From positions 352,001 through 416,000 of the forward strand of contig CAVZMH010000016.1 in assembly GCA_963776345.1 (NCBI GenBank): a DNA stretch of 64,000 nucleotides. The letters are read 5' to 3'. A model generated the notes under the pieces. The model was not told the DNA's origin and did not search any database. It saw nothing but the letters and a program-made list of their open reading frames with translations. The position numbers and the translations under genes were made by a program. Below are positions 20,910 through 31,497 of the stretch, in pieces (the first letter of the stretch is position 1; the number at the start of each line of letters is the position of its first letter). This DNA is from an uncultured delta proteobacterium. Its GTDB lineage: Bacteria; Myxococcota; Myxococcia; Myxococcales; Myxococcaceae.

Positions 20910-21800
20910 TCAGCGAGTGCGTCCGCGCTTCAGCGCGGCCTGCAGGGTGGTGCCGAGCTCGGCGGGCGACGGCGCCATCAGCACGCCGGCCGCCTCCATC
21001 GCCTTGATCTTCTCCGCCGCGGTTCCCTTGCCCCCGGCGATGATCGCCCCGGCGTGCCCCATCCGCTTGCCGGGCGGGGCCGAGACCCCGGCGATGAACC
21101 CGGCGATCGGCTTCTTGAACTCCCGGGCGATGTACTGGGCCGCGGTCTCCTCGGCGCTCCCGCCGATCTCGCCGATCATGATCACCGCGTCGGTCTCCGG
21201 GTCGGCGTTGAACAGCCGGAGGCAGTCCACGAAGTCGGTGCCGTTGACCGGGTCCCCACCGATGCCCACCGCGGTCGACTGCCCGAGCCCGAGCTGGGTG
21301 AGCTGGAACACCGCCTCGTAGGTCAGCGTCCCCGAGCGGGAGACCACGCCGATGCGGCCCGGCTTGTGGATGTGCCCGGGCATGATGCCGATCTTGCACT
21401 TCGCGCCGGGGGTGATGACGCCCGGACAGTTGGGGCCCACCAGCCGCACCGGCCGACCCTGCAGCGCCCGCTTCACCTTCACCATGTCCATCACCGGGAT
21501 GCCCTCGGTGATGACGATGATCAGCGGCACCCCGGCGTCGGCCGCCTCGAGGATGGCGTCCCCGGCGAACGGCGGCGGCACGAAGACCACGCTGACGTTG
21601 GCCCCGGTGTGCTTCACCGCGTCGGCAACGGTGTTGAAGATCGGGACCCGGTCCTGGAACTCGGTCCCGCCCTTGCCCGGGGTGACCCCGGCGACGAGCT
21701 GGGTGCCGTAGTCCAGCATCTGGCCGGCGTGGAACGAGCCGGCGGAGCCGGTGATGCCCTGCATCAGCACCCGGGTGTTCTGGTCGATGAGGATGCTCAT
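20910..21800 (-). CDS. sucD: Succinyl-CoA ligase alpha subunit
   Basis: [20 protein letters not shown] and RMGHAGA motifs. Confidence 0.97.
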   Translation of the reverse strand: MSILIDQNTRVLMQGITGSAGSFHAGQMLDYGTQLVAGVTPGKGGTEFQDRVPIFNTVADAVKHTGANVSVVFVPPPFAGDAILEAADAGVPLIIVITEGIPVMDMVKVKRALQGRPVRLVGPNCPGVITPGAKCKIGIMPGHIHKPGRIGVVSRSGTLTYEAVFQLTQLGLGQSTAVGIGGDPVNGTDFVDCLRLFNADPETDAVIMIGEIGGSAEETAAQYIAREFKKPIAGFIAGVSAPPGKRMGHAGAIIAGGKGTAAEKIKAMEAAGVLMAPSPAELGTTLQAALKRGRTR

Positions 21801-22972
21801 GACACCTTCTCGCCCCGGGCCGCGGCCACGGCCTTCTCCGCCGCCTGGCGAAGATTGTCCGCGGGGATGATGGCCAGGCCGGAGTGGCGGAGGATCTCCT
21901 TGCCCTGCTCCACGTTGGTGCCCTCGAGCCGGACGACCAGCGGGATCTTCAGCTGGACCTCCCGGGCGGCGGCGACCACCCCCTCGGCGATGACGTCGCA
22001 CTTCATGATCCCGCCGAAGATGTTGATCAGCACCGCCTTCACCGCCGGGGAGCTGAGGATCAGCTTGAAGGCCTCGGTGACCTTCTCCTTGCTCGCCCCG
22101 CCTCCGACGTCGAGGAAGTTCGCCGGCTGGCCGCCCACCAGCTTGATGGTGTCCATGGTGGCCATCGCCAGGCCGGCGCCGTTCACCATGCAGCCGATGT
22201 TGCCGTCGAGCGAGATGTAGGCCAGGTCGAACTCCTTGGCCTGGGCCTCGATCGGGTCCTCCTCGGCGACGTCGCGGTACCCCACCAGGTCCTTGTGCCG
22301 GTAGAGCGCGTTGTCGTCGAAGTTCAGCTTGGCGTCGAGCGCCACCACCGAGCCGTCCTTGAGCAGCACCAGGGGATTGACCTCGGCCAGCGAGGCGTCG
22401 GTCTCGAGGTAGCAGCGGTAGAGCGCGCGGGCGAAGACGACGAACTTGCCGATGCTCTCGCCCTTCAGCCCCAGCCCGAAGGCCAGCTTCCGGGCCTGGA
22501 AGTCGGCCAGGCCGACCACCGGGTCGATCGACTCGAGGAGGATCGCTTCTGGCCTCTTGGCGGCGACCTCCTCGATCTCCACCCCGCCCTCGCTGGAGGC
22601 CATGAGCGACAGGCGCGAGGTGGCCCGGTCGAGCGTCATGCCCAGGTAGAACTCCCGCTCGATGGGGAGGCCCTCCTCCACGTAGACCTTGTGGACCTTC
22701 TGCCCCTCGGGGCCGGTCTGGTGGGTCTTCAGCATCATCCCCAGCATCTGGGAGGCGAGCGCCTTCGCCTCGGCGGGGCTCTTGGCGAGCTTCACGCCTC
22801 CGCCCTTGCCCCGCCCGCCGGCGTGGATCTGCGCCTTGACCACCACCACCGGCGTGCCGAGCGACGTCGCCGCCTTCTCGGCCTCCTCCGGAGTCGTGGC
22901 CAGGACGCCACGCGGGGTGGGCACCCCGTACTTCCGGAACAGCTCCTTGCCCTGATACTCGTGGATCTTCAT
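21797..22972 (-). CDS. sucC: Succinyl-CoA ligase beta subunit
   Basis: [26 protein letters not shown] and [11 protein letters not shown] motifs. Confidence 0.97.
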   Translation of the reverse strand: MKIHEYQGKELFRKYGVPTPRGVLATTPEEAEKAATSLGTPVVVVKAQIHAGGRGKGGGVKLAKSPAEAKALASQMLGMMLKTHQTGPEGQKVHKVYVEEGLPIEREFYLGMTLDRATSRLSLMASSEGGVEIEEVAAKRPEAILLESIDPVVGLADFQARKLAFGLGLKGESIGKFVVFARALYRCYLETDASLAEVNPLVLLKDGSVVALDAKLNFDDNALYRHKDLVGYRDVAEEDPIEAQAKEFDLAYISLDGNIGCMVNGAGLAMATMDTIKLVGGQPANFLDVGGGASKEKVTEAFKLILSSPAVKAVLINIFGGIMKCDVIAEGVVAAAREVQLKIPLVVRLEGTNVEQGKEILRHSGLAIIPADNLRQAAEKAVAAARGEKVS

Positions 22973-23120
22973 GGGATGTGCCCCGGGGGGGGGCGGGCAT
23001 GTCTCACGCAGAAACCGGGGCGAGGCAAGAGGGAAACGCATCGCGGCACCCGGCGGCGACCTCCGGCCGGACGTCTTCGGCGGAGTATCTCCTCGTGCCA
23101 GCGGGGACTAGCCTCGGCCG

Positions 23121-24808
23121 GTGCCCAGCCGGTCCGACGGCGCCTCCGGCTCCTGGGCCCTCGAGCGGACCGTGGCCATCCTGCTCGGCCTGGGGGCAGC
23201 CCTGAGGCTCTGGCAGTACGCGGGCAATCCCACCCTGTGGATGGACGAGCTCGCCCTGGGGAACAACCTCCTCACCCGGCCACTCGGCCTCCTTCTCGGT
23301 ACACCTCTCGCAGACGGTCAGGTCGCGCCGCCGGGTTTTCTCATCGTCTCGCGGGCCGTGGTCGTCGCGTTCGGCTCGAGCGAGTACGCGCTGCGACTCT
23401 TTCCCCTGCTCTGCTCGCTGGCGTCGCTGCCGCTCTTCGCCCGGCTGGCGACCCGCTTGCTGCGACCGCCCGCCGCACTCCTGGCCATCGCCCTCTTCGC
23501 GCTCAGCCCCGGGATCGCGATCTATGCGGCCGAGGGCAAGCAGTACGCGACCGACGTCCTGGTGACGCTCGCGCTGACCGAGCTCACGCTGTGGTGGCTG
23601 GCGGCGCCCGGCGCTCGGCGCTCGGTCGCGCTCGCAGTCGGCGGCGTGGTGGGCGTCTTCCTCTCGCAGCCAGCCGTGTTCCTCCTTGCCGGGCTCGGGG
23701 CGGCCCTGGTGGTGGGCACCCCCCGCGGTGACCGGCGAAAGCCCCTCGCTCCGATGGCGTTCTGGGTAACGGGCGCCGTGCTGTCCGTGGTCCATGCTCG
23801 CTCACGAATGTCGAGCGGGCTGATGAACTACATGCACTGGTTCTGGCAAGAGGGCTTCCTGCCCTGGCCGGTGACGAGCCTCGAGGATGCCCTGTGGCCG
23901 CTCCGGACCCTCGCAGGACTGTTCGGGCTCGGGCTCGGCTACCCCTGGCCCTGGGCCTACCTCACCCTAGTGGCCTGCGGGCTCGTCAGCCTCTTCCGCC
24001 GCGCCCGGCGCGTGGCCCTGCTGCTGGCCGGCCCGATCGCTGTCACCCTGCTGGCGGCCGTGGCGCAGGTCTACCCCTTCCAGCTGCGGCTGGTGCTGTT
24101 CCTCGTCCCGGGGTTCGTCCTCCTCGTCGCCGAGGGCGCGGGACTCATCGCGGAGCGGGCCGGGCAGATGGTCGAGCGCGCTCCTGGCCGGGCCGTGCCG
24201 GGCGGCTGCTCCTGCCGGCCGTGGCGGCGCCGGTTGCGGTGTCCCTCGTCCGGAACCCGCCGGTCTGGCACCTGGACGAGATGCGTCCGGTGTTCGCCGA
24301 GCTGCAGCGGCGACGTCAGCCGGAGGACGCGGTCTACGCGTATTACCCGTCGTGGCAGGCCGTCCGTTACTACGGCCCGCGCTACGGACTCGGCTTCGAG
24401 GCGGTGGAGATCGGCGCCTGTCACCCCAGGGACCTCCACGACTACCTCCGCGAGCTCGACCGGTACCGCGGGCGCCGGGTCTGGATTCTGTTTGCCTCCT
24501 CGGCGCGTCGCCTCGGCGAGAGACAGGCGATGACCGCCTACCTCGATGCGATCGGCGTGCGACGGGACGCCATCGAGGGGCCGCCCACGAACCGTCCTGG
24601 CGCCATCAGCGCGCGCGAGCGGATCGAATCTCGATTCCGCACGGGGGCGTACCTCTACGACCTGACCGACCCTTCGCGCCTCGCCTCCACGACGGCGGAC
24701 CGGCCGTCGCTTCCCCCCGCGGTTCAGATGCCGGGCGGGCCGCGCTGCGTCTACGGGCCGGTCATCCCTCAGGTTCCGACGGTCGCGGCCGCGCGAGCAG
24801 CCCCCTGA
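23121..24808 (+). CDS. GT-C fold membrane glycosyltransferase (GT39/PMT-like; apparent frameshift near 24200)
   Basis: LRLW..LWMDE, PPGF, ALRLFPLL and YAAEGKQYA motifs; many TM segments; periplasmic C-terminus in ORF 23894..24808. Confidence 0.7.
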
Positions 24809-24827
24809 GGTCTCCGAGTCCGAAGCG

Positions 24828-25658
24828 CTACGCTGGCCCGCCGGCGGCCTCGCTCTCCTCGTCCTTGAGGAAGAGGTCCTTGATCACCAGCCTGGTCACG
24901 TCCCGGTTCATCGCCGCGATGGAGGTGGTGAGCGGGATCTCCTTGGGGCAGACCTGGACGCAGTTCTGCGCCTTCCCGCAATCCTGGATGCCGCCCGGAC
25001 CCATGAGCCCGCGGAGCCGCTCGTCGGCGTGCATCTCGCCCGTCGGGTGCATGTTGAAGAGGCGCGCCTGGCTGATGGGGGCGGCGCCCATGAAGTCGTT
25101 GTCCTGGGTGATCTGAGGGCAGGCCTCGAGGCAGCTCCCGCAGGTCATGCAGGTGGAGAGCACGTAGCGCTGGGCCTGGTCGCTCTGGCTCTGCCGGGGG
25201 CCGGGGCCGAGGTTGTGCGTGCCGTCCAGCTCGATCCAGGCCTTCACCGTCTTCAGCGACTCGAACATCCGGTTCCGGTCGACGGCCAGGTCCCGCACCA
25301 TCGGGAACTTGCGCATCGGCTCGAGGGTGATGGGCCACTCGAGCTTGTCCACCAGCGCCGAGCAGGCCATCCGGACCCGCCCGTTGATGTTCATCGCGCA
25401 GCTGCCGCAGACCTCCTCGAGGCAGGAAGCGTCCCAGGTCACCGGGGTGGTCGTCTTGCCGGCGGCGTTCACCGGGTTCCGCTGGATCTCCATGAGGCAG
25501 GAGACGACGTTGGCGCCCTTCCGGTAGGGGACCCGGAACTCCTCGAAGCCGCCGGGCTTGCCGGCGCTCTCCTGCCGCCAGATGCGGAAGGTGATCCACT
25601 TCGCTCCGGCCCCGGCCTGGCTCCCGGTGGTCGATCCAACCTGCGTGGCTTCGTCCAT
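24828..25658 (-). CDS. sdhB: Succinate dehydrogenase/fumarate reductase Fe-S subunit
   Basis: SCLEEVCGSC, CMTCGSCLEACP and CGKAQNCVQVCP clusters (Bacillus-like type). Confidence 0.95.
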   Translation of the reverse strand: MDEATQVGSTTGSQAGAGAKWITFRIWRQESAGKPGGFEEFRVPYRKGANVVSCLMEIQRNPVNAAGKTTTPVTWDASCLEEVCGSCAMNINGRVRMACSALVDKLEWPITLEPMRKFPMVRDLAVDRNRMFESLKTVKAWIELDGTHNLGPGPRQSQSDQAQRYVLSTCMTCGSCLEACPQITQDNDFMGAAPISQARLFNMHPTGEMHADERLRGLMGPGGIQDCGKAQNCVQVCPKEIPLTTSIAAMNRDVTRLVIKDLFLKDEESEAAGGPA

Positions 25659-25674
25659 GGCGTCGTTCGCTTCC

Positions 25675-27546
25675 TCAGGCGTACCAGCGCGGCTCGGGGT
25701 CGAGCACGGGGGTGGGGATGGGCTCGTAGGTGATCTCCGACCCCTGCGGCGTCCACCGGGCGATGGTGGTCTTGGCCCACTTCTGGTGGCGCTCCTTCCA
25801 CAGGCGCATCCAGTCGGGGTCCTGGTTCGGGTCCCTGGTCTTGGGCTCGGGGAGCTGGAACTCGGGCTTGTAGTGCGCCCCGCGCGACTCGTCGCGGAGC
25901 AGCGCGCTCTTGGTGATCACCTCGCCCAGGGCGAACATGTTCCAGAGCTGGTTCACGTAGCTCAGGGGCCGGTTGCTGCTGTGCCCGTGGTCGAGCACGT
26001 TCAGCCGCTTCCACCGGTCCTTCAGCTCGTCGATCTTCTCCAGCGTCTTCCGGAGCCGGTCGTTGCGGCGGACCACGGTGACGTTCTCGGTCATCACCTC
26101 GCCGAGCTCCTTGGCCAGCACGTAGGGATTCTCGGTCCCGTTCATCTTGTCGATGCCGGCGAAGCGCTCGGCCCACTGCTTCTTCGCATCCTCGAACACC
26201 CGCTCCGGCACGGCGGTGGAGCTCCTGGTGTTGTTCTTCGCGTAGCTGACCATCGCCGGCCCGCCGATGATCCCGCCGTAGATGCAGGAGAGCAGCGAGT
26301 TGGCGCCCAGCCGGTTCCCGCCGTGGTACGCGTAGTCCGCCTCGCCCGACGCGTAGAGGCCGGGGATGTTGGTGGCCTGGTTCCTGGGGCTATTCGCGAG
26401 CGGCTCGAGGTTGGGCCCGGGCTCGAAGGTCACGTACAGGCCGCCCATCGAGTAGTGCATCCCGGGGAAGATGACCATCGGATGGCGGCGCGGGTCGTCG
26501 CCCACGAACTTCTCGTAGATCTCCATCACGCCCTTGATCTTCGCGTCGAGCGTGGAGGCCGGGATGTGGGTGACGTCGAGGTACACGCCGTCGCGCCCGC
26601 CGATGCCCATGCCGAGCTCGCGGCAGACGTGGAAGATCTCCCGGGTGGCCACGTCGCGGGGGACCAGGTTTCCGTACTTGGGGTACTTCTCCTCGAGGAA
26701 GTACCAGCGCTCCTCCTCGGGGATGCGGAGCGGCTCGCGGGTGTCACCCTTCTTCTTCGAAACCCAGACCCGGCCGCCCTCGCCGCGAACCGACTCGGAC
26801 ATGAGGCGCAGCTTGTCCTCGCCGGGGATGGACGTCGGGTGCACCTGGATGAACTCGCCGTTGGCGTAGATCGCGCCCTCGAGGTACGCGCGGCCGGCGG
26901 CGGTGCCGGTGTTGATGAGCGAGTTGGTCGAGCGGCCGAAGACGATGCCCGGGCCGCCGGTGGCCAGCATCACCGCCTCGGCGGGGAGCGCGCGGATCTC
27001 CATCGTCCGCAGGTCCATCGCCACGCTGCCCACCACCCGGCCCGACTCGTCCTTCACCGTGCCCAGCCACTCCCAGTACTCGTACTTGGCCACCAGGCCC
27101 TCGGCCTCGAACCGGCGGACCTGCTCGTCGAGCGCGTAGAGCAGCTGCTGCCCGGTGGTGGCCCCGGCGAAGGCGGTGCGGTGGTGAAGGGTGCCGCCGA
27201 AGCGCCGGAAGTCGAGGAGCCCCTCGGCGGTCCGGTTGAACGGCACGCCCATCCGGTCGAGCAGGTAGATGATGCCCGGCGCCGCGTAGCACATGCCGCG
27301 CACGCTGGTCTGCTCGGCCAGGAAGTCGCCGCCGCGGAGCGTGTCCTTGACGTGGATGTCGGGGTGGTCGCCCTCGCCCTTGGTGTTCACCGCGCCGTTG
27401 ATGCCGCCCTGGGCGCAGACCGAGTGCGAGCGCTTGACCGGGACGATGGACAGGAGGTCCACCTTGTGACCGGCCTCGCAGAGCTTGATGACGGTCATCA
27501 GCCCCGCCAGCCCGCCTCCCACCACCGTGAATCGAGGTTCCGACAT
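25675..27546 (-). CDS. sdhA: Succinate dehydrogenase/fumarate reductase flavoprotein subunit
   Basis: GGGLAG; covalent-FAD motif RSHSVCAQGG; QVHPT, HYSMGG and HGGNRLGANSL motifs. Confidence 0.95.
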   Translation of the reverse strand: MSEPRFTVVGGGLAGLMTVIKLCEAGHKVDLLSIVPVKRSHSVCAQGGINGAVNTKGEGDHPDIHVKDTLRGGDFLAEQTSVRGMCYAAPGIIYLLDRMGVPFNRTAEGLLDFRRFGGTLHHRTAFAGATTGQQLLYALDEQVRRFEAEGLVAKYEYWEWLGTVKDESGRVVGSVAMDLRTMEIRALPAEAVMLATGGPGIVFGRSTNSLINTGTAAGRAYLEGAIYANGEFIQVHPTSIPGEDKLRLMSESVRGEGGRVWVSKKKGDTREPLRIPEEERWYFLEEKYPKYGNLVPRDVATREIFHVCRELGMGIGGRDGVYLDVTHIPASTLDAKIKGVMEIYEKFVGDDPRRHPMVIFPGMHYSMGGLYVTFEPGPNLEPLANSPRNQATNIPGLYASGEADYAYHGGNRLGANSLLSCIYGGIIGGPAMVSYAKNNTRSSTAVPERVFEDAKKQWAERFAGIDKMNGTENPYVLAKELGEVMTENVTVVRRNDRLRKTLEKIDELKDRWKRLNVLDHGHSSNRPLSYVNQLWNMFALGEVITKSALLRDESRGAHYKPEFQLPEPKTRDPNQDPDWMRLWKERHQKWAKTTIARWTPQGSEITYEPIPTPVLDPEPRWYA

Positions 27547-27562
27547 GAGACGTGCTCCCTGA

Positions 27563-27709
27563 TCAGCCGACCGCGCCGACGCGCGCCTGGAAGGGGATGC
27601 TCAGCGTGCGCACCGAGTAGAGCGCGAGGATGTGCCCGAGGGCCCAGCGGTCATCCCGGGTGCCGGTGTCGGTGCGGACGGCGTCGGCGGTCGTGACGGC
27701 ATCGGCCAT
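27563..27709 (-). pseudogene. 48-aa ORF in the sdhC position; possible internally deleted cytochrome b subunit
   Basis: Hand translation gives MADAVTTADAVRTDTGTRDDRWALGHILALYSVRTLSIPFQARVGAVG*. It stops 16 nt before the sdhA start and has GGGAGG upstream. Confidence 0.5.
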
Positions 27710-28043
27710 TGTCGAGTGTCCTGATTACCTCCCGCGGCGCGACCTGACCATCGCGGGAGCCCCCGGAAAATCAGGGGCTTTCATGGCGGACAGGAGTCAC
27801 CCTGTCTTCCAGCACCCCGAGTGCAGAGGCAAGAAGAATCCGGAGGCGGACGCCTGGCACGCGGCGCGCCAAGCCCCGGGAACGCGGCGGCTCCGGGGAC
27901 ACCTGGCCCGCCCGCCAGCACGTCGCTGGCCCGGTCCTCGGGCGTTGCAGGTTTCAACGGATTTGAGTCTCCACGAGCGCCAGAGGCCCCGGCGTCGGCC
28001 GCGAGACCCGGAACGGCCCAAGCCCCGGGATGGTCAGGAAACG

Positions 28044-28074
28044 CACCTGACTAATTTCGAGAATTGGTCAGGTG
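28044..28074. promoter_or_regulatory. Near-perfect 31-bp palindrome (candidate operator or hairpin)
   Basis: CACCTGACTAATTTCGAGAATTGGTCAGGTG, AT-rich within a GC-rich intergenic region. Confidence 0.5.
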
Positions 28075-28259
28075 ACCTGCCTGACTTTCTCGTCCCCCGA
28101 TCGGCCGAGACGTCGACGGAACGCTGCCATCGACGTCCGGGCCGGGCGCCTCCACTGCCCGTGCGAGCCTGGCGGCCCGGACGGGCATGGACCGCCGCGC
28201 TCTCCGGGCGGACGCTGGGGCCGCGGGGACAGACCGGCACCAGTCCCGAGGAGGGCAGG

Positions 28260-28757
28260 ATGGTTCCTGGATCGTCGTTCACCACACAGGTGCTGACCCG
28301 GCTCGTGGAACGCGGGCTCGCCCTGCCGACGCCCTCCCCGCCCGCCGGCCGGTACGAGCCCTTCCGGCTGCAACACGGCACCGGCTACCTGGCCGCGCAG
28401 TTCCCCTCCCGGGACGGGAAGTCGGTCCTCCAGGGGCGTGTCGGTCAGGAGTTGTCGGTGGAGCAGGGACGCGAGGCGGCGGCGCTCGCCGCGCTCTCGG
28501 CGATGGCCCGGATCCACCAGGCCCTCGGCGGGTTCGAGCAGCTCCAGGGTCTGCTGCGCGTGGACGGCTTCGTCGCTTCCGCGGAAGGCTTCCTCGATCA
28601 GCCGGAGGTCCTCGACGGCGCCTCCGATCTCCTTCTCTGGGCGTTGGGCGATCGCGGGAAGCACGCGCGGACCGCCTTTGCCGTGCCGCGCCTGCCGAAG
28701 AACAACAGCCTCGAGCTGATCGTCACCTTCGCTTACCAGGAGCCGCGGCGGCGATGA
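28260..28757 (+). CDS. RidA/YjgF-family protein
   Basis: LALPTPSPPAGRYEP, GRVGQELSVEQG and GKHARTAFAVPRLP motifs. Confidence 0.85.
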   Translation: MVPGSSFTTQVLTRLVERGLALPTPSPPAGRYEPFRLQHGTGYLAAQFPSRDGKSVLQGRVGQELSVEQGREAAALAALSAMARIHQALGGFEQLQGLLRVDGFVASAEGFLDQPEVLDGASDLLLWALGDRGKHARTAFAVPRLPKNNSLELIVTFAYQEPRRR

Positions 28758-29103
28758 CCCGCGGAGGGTCCCCGACCCGTAGGCGCTGGCCACGGGGCAA
28801 ACGCGCGCGCCTCGCCTGGCAGCGCGAACGACAGGCTGGGGTCACTCACCGATCCAGCTCCTCCCACCCCATTCGTCCTCGCCGGGCAGCACCATCCGGA
28901 GGCTCAGCCCATATCGGCGCCCCTCCAGGAGAAACGGGCGACCCGTTGCCTGGAGCAGACGGGCCTGGTGCCAGCACCGGCCATCGATCTCGATCCTCCC
29001 CGCGAGCGGGACCGCCTGACCCTCAAGCCGCCCGGGGTCGCCTCGCGTTCGGCGACTCGAAGCCGGGCCAGCCCGAAGGCCATCTCGCACTGTCTCGCGG
29101 ACG

Positions 29104-30042
29104 TTACAGCTTCACCTCGTCCACGGTCTTCTTCACCGAGGCGAACGACTTCTGGAGCTCCGCCTTCTCGCCCGCATCCAGCTCGAGCTCGATGATCTTC
29201 TCCACGCCGCCCGCGCCGATCTGCAGCGGCACGCCCATGAAGAAGCCGTTGATCCCGTACTGGCCCTCGAGATACGCCGCGCCCGGGAGCACCCGCTTCC
29301 GGTCGAAGACGTAGCTCTCCGCCATGGCGATGGCCGAGGCCGCCGGGCCGAAGTACGCCGAGCCGGTCTTGTAGAGATCCACCAGCTCTCCCCCACCCTT
29401 CCGGGTCCGGAGGACGACGGCGTCCAGCTTGTCCTTCGGCAGCATCTGGGTGAGCGGCACGCCGCCCACCGTCGAGTGCCGGAGCAGCGGGACCATGTCG
29501 TCCCCGTGGCCGCCGAGCACCAGCGCCTCGATGTCCCGCATCGACACGTTCAGCGCCTCGGCGACGAAGAACTTGAAGCGCGCGGTGTCCAGCACCCCCG
29601 CCATGCCGACCACCTGGCTCTTCTTGAACCCGGTGATCTTGAAGAGCGCGTACACCATCGCGTCCAGCGGGTTGGCCACGTTGATCACGAAGGCGTTCGG
29701 GCAATGGGCCTTCACGTTGCTCGCCACGTCCTTCATGATCTTCAGATTCACCGCCAGGAGGTCCTCGCGGCTCATCCCCGGCTTCCGGGGCATGCCGGCG
29801 GTGATGATCACCACGTCGCTGCCGCCCACGTCCTTCCAGTCGGTGGTCCCGGTGACCCGACAGTCGTACCCGTCCACCGCCGCCAGCTGGTTGATGTCCA
29901 GCGCCTTTCCCTTCACCAGCCCCTCGGCCACGGGGATGTCGTAGAGCACCACGTCCCCGAGCTGCTTCTGCACCGAGAGCAGGGCGAGGTTTCCGCCGAT
30001 CTGCCCGCCGCCGATGAGTCCGATCTTCCGCTTGCCGCCCAT
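29104..30042 (-). CDS. mdh: Malate dehydrogenase (LDH-like)
   Basis: [23 protein letters not shown] and GGHGD motifs. Confidence 0.96.
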   Translation of the reverse strand: MGGKRKIGLIGGGQIGGNLALLSVQKQLGDVVLYDIPVAEGLVKGKALDINQLAAVDGYDCRVTGTTDWKDVGGSDVVIITAGMPRKPGMSREDLLAVNLKIMKDVASNVKAHCPNAFVINVANPLDAMVYALFKITGFKKSQVVGMAGVLDTARFKFFVAEALNVSMRDIEALVLGGHGDDMVPLLRHSTVGGVPLTQMLPKDKLDAVVLRTRKGGGELVDLYKTGSAYFGPAASAIAMAESYVFDRKRVLPGAAYLEGQYGINGFFMGVPLQIGAGGVEKIIELELDAGEKAELQKSFASVKKTVDEVKL

Positions 30043-30060
30043 GGTTCCCGTAGCCGCCTT

Positions 30061-31362
30061 TCACATCTTCTGAATGATGGCCTGGCCGAACTCCGAGCAC
30101 TTCAGTTCCTTCACCTCGCCGCGGCCGTCACCCTTCATCTGGCGGGCGAAGTCGTAGGTGACGGTGCGCGCCGCGATGGCGCCGTTCATCCCCTTCACGA
30201 TCAGGTCCGCCGCCTCGGTCCACCCGAGGTGCCGGAACATCATGTCGCCGGAGAGGATCACGCTCCCCGGGTTCACCTTGTCCAGGTCCGCGTACTTGGG
30301 CGCGGTGCCGTGCGTGGCCTCGAACACCGCGTGGCCGGTCACGTAGTTGATGTTCCCGCCCGGGGCGATGCCGATGCCGCCCACCTGCGCGGCGAGCGCG
30401 TCGCTGAGGTAGTCGCCGTTGAGGTTCAGGGTGGCGATGACGTCGAACTCGTCGGGCCGGGTCAGGACTTGCTGGAGCGTGATGTCGGCGATGGCGTCCT
30501 TGATCAGCAGCTTCCCCGAGGCGAGCGCCGCCTTCTGCTCGGCGTTCGCGGCGTCCTCGCCCTTCTTCGCCTTGGTCTCCTCCCACTGCTCCCAGGTGTA
30601 GACCTTCCCGCCGAACTCACGCTCCGCCAGCGCGTAGCCCCAGCCGCGGAACGCGCCCTCGGTGAACTTCATGATGTTGCCCTTGTGCACGAAGGTGACG
30701 CTCTTCCGCTTGTGCTCCAGGGCGTAGCGGATGGCGGCGCGGATCAGCCGCTCGCTCCCCTCGCGCGACACCGCCTTGATGCCGATCCCGCAGTCCTCGG
30801 CGAAGCGAATCTTCTTGAACTCCTTCGGGAAGCGCTCGCGGAACATGGCGAGGAAGGCCTGCGCCGGCTCCGAGCCCGCCTCGAACTCGATGCCGGCGTA
30901 GATGTCCTCGGTGTTCTCCCGGAAGATGACCATGTCCACCTTCTCCGGAGCCTTCACCGGGCTCGGCACGCCCTTGAAGTAGCGAACCGGCCGGAGGCAG
31001 ACGTAGAGGTCGAGCAGCTGCCGCAGCGCCACGTTGAGGCTGCGGATGCCGCCGCCGATGGGAGTGGTCAGCGGGCCCTTGATCCCCACCAGGTACGTGC
31101 GGAACGCCTCGATGGTCTCGTCGGGCAGCCAGTTCTTCGTCGCCTTGAACGCCTTCTCGCCGGCGAGCACCTCCATCCAGGCGATGGAGCGCTTCCCGCC
31201 GTACGCCTTGGCCACCGCGGCGTCGAACACCGCCTGCGACGCGCGCCAGATGTCCCGGCCTGTCCCGTCCCCCTCGATGAAGGGGAGAATCGGTCGGTTT
31301 GGGACGGACAGCGTCCCCGAGGACAGCGTGATCCGCTCACCTGCCGGAACGGGGTTGCTCAT
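30061..31362 (-). CDS. icd: NADP-dependent isocitrate dehydrogenase
   Basis: [33 protein letters not shown] and [10 protein letters not shown] motifs. Confidence 0.96.
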   Translation of the reverse strand: MSNPVPAGERITLSSGTLSVPNRPILPFIEGDGTGRDIWRASQAVFDAAVAKAYGGKRSIAWMEVLAGEKAFKATKNWLPDETIEAFRTYLVGIKGPLTTPIGGGIRSLNVALRQLLDLYVCLRPVRYFKGVPSPVKAPEKVDMVIFRENTEDIYAGIEFEAGSEPAQAFLAMFRERFPKEFKKIRFAEDCGIGIKAVSREGSERLIRAAIRYALEHKRKSVTFVHKGNIMKFTEGAFRGWGYALAEREFGGKVYTWEQWEETKAKKGEDAANAEQKAALASGKLLIKDAIADITLQQVLTRPDEFDVIATLNLNGDYLSDALAAQVGGIGIAPGGNINYVTGHAVFEATHGTAPKYADLDKVNPGSVILSGDMMFRHLGWTEAADLIVKGMNGAIAARTVTYDFARQMKGDGRGEVKELKCSEFGQAIIQKM

Positions 31363-31497
31363 GGCGGCCTCCCGAGTGCGAAATCCCTTGGCGGTCGGGG
31401 GGTATACGGGACGCGACAACGGCTCCGCAACCTGGAACAAGGTCGTACTCTTTTTGGTTGAATCGAGCCTCTCCCCGGTGAAATGACGCCCTACGCC

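Noticed and set aside
28758..29103. Small gene or ncRNA between RidA and mdh
   Set aside because: Short ORFs there lack an RBS and motifs, and I saw no recognisable RNA structure.
31363..31497. Exact divergent promoters for icd and gltA
   Set aside because: The region is AT-richer and surely regulatory, but I could not assign a -35/-10 pair with convincing spacing.
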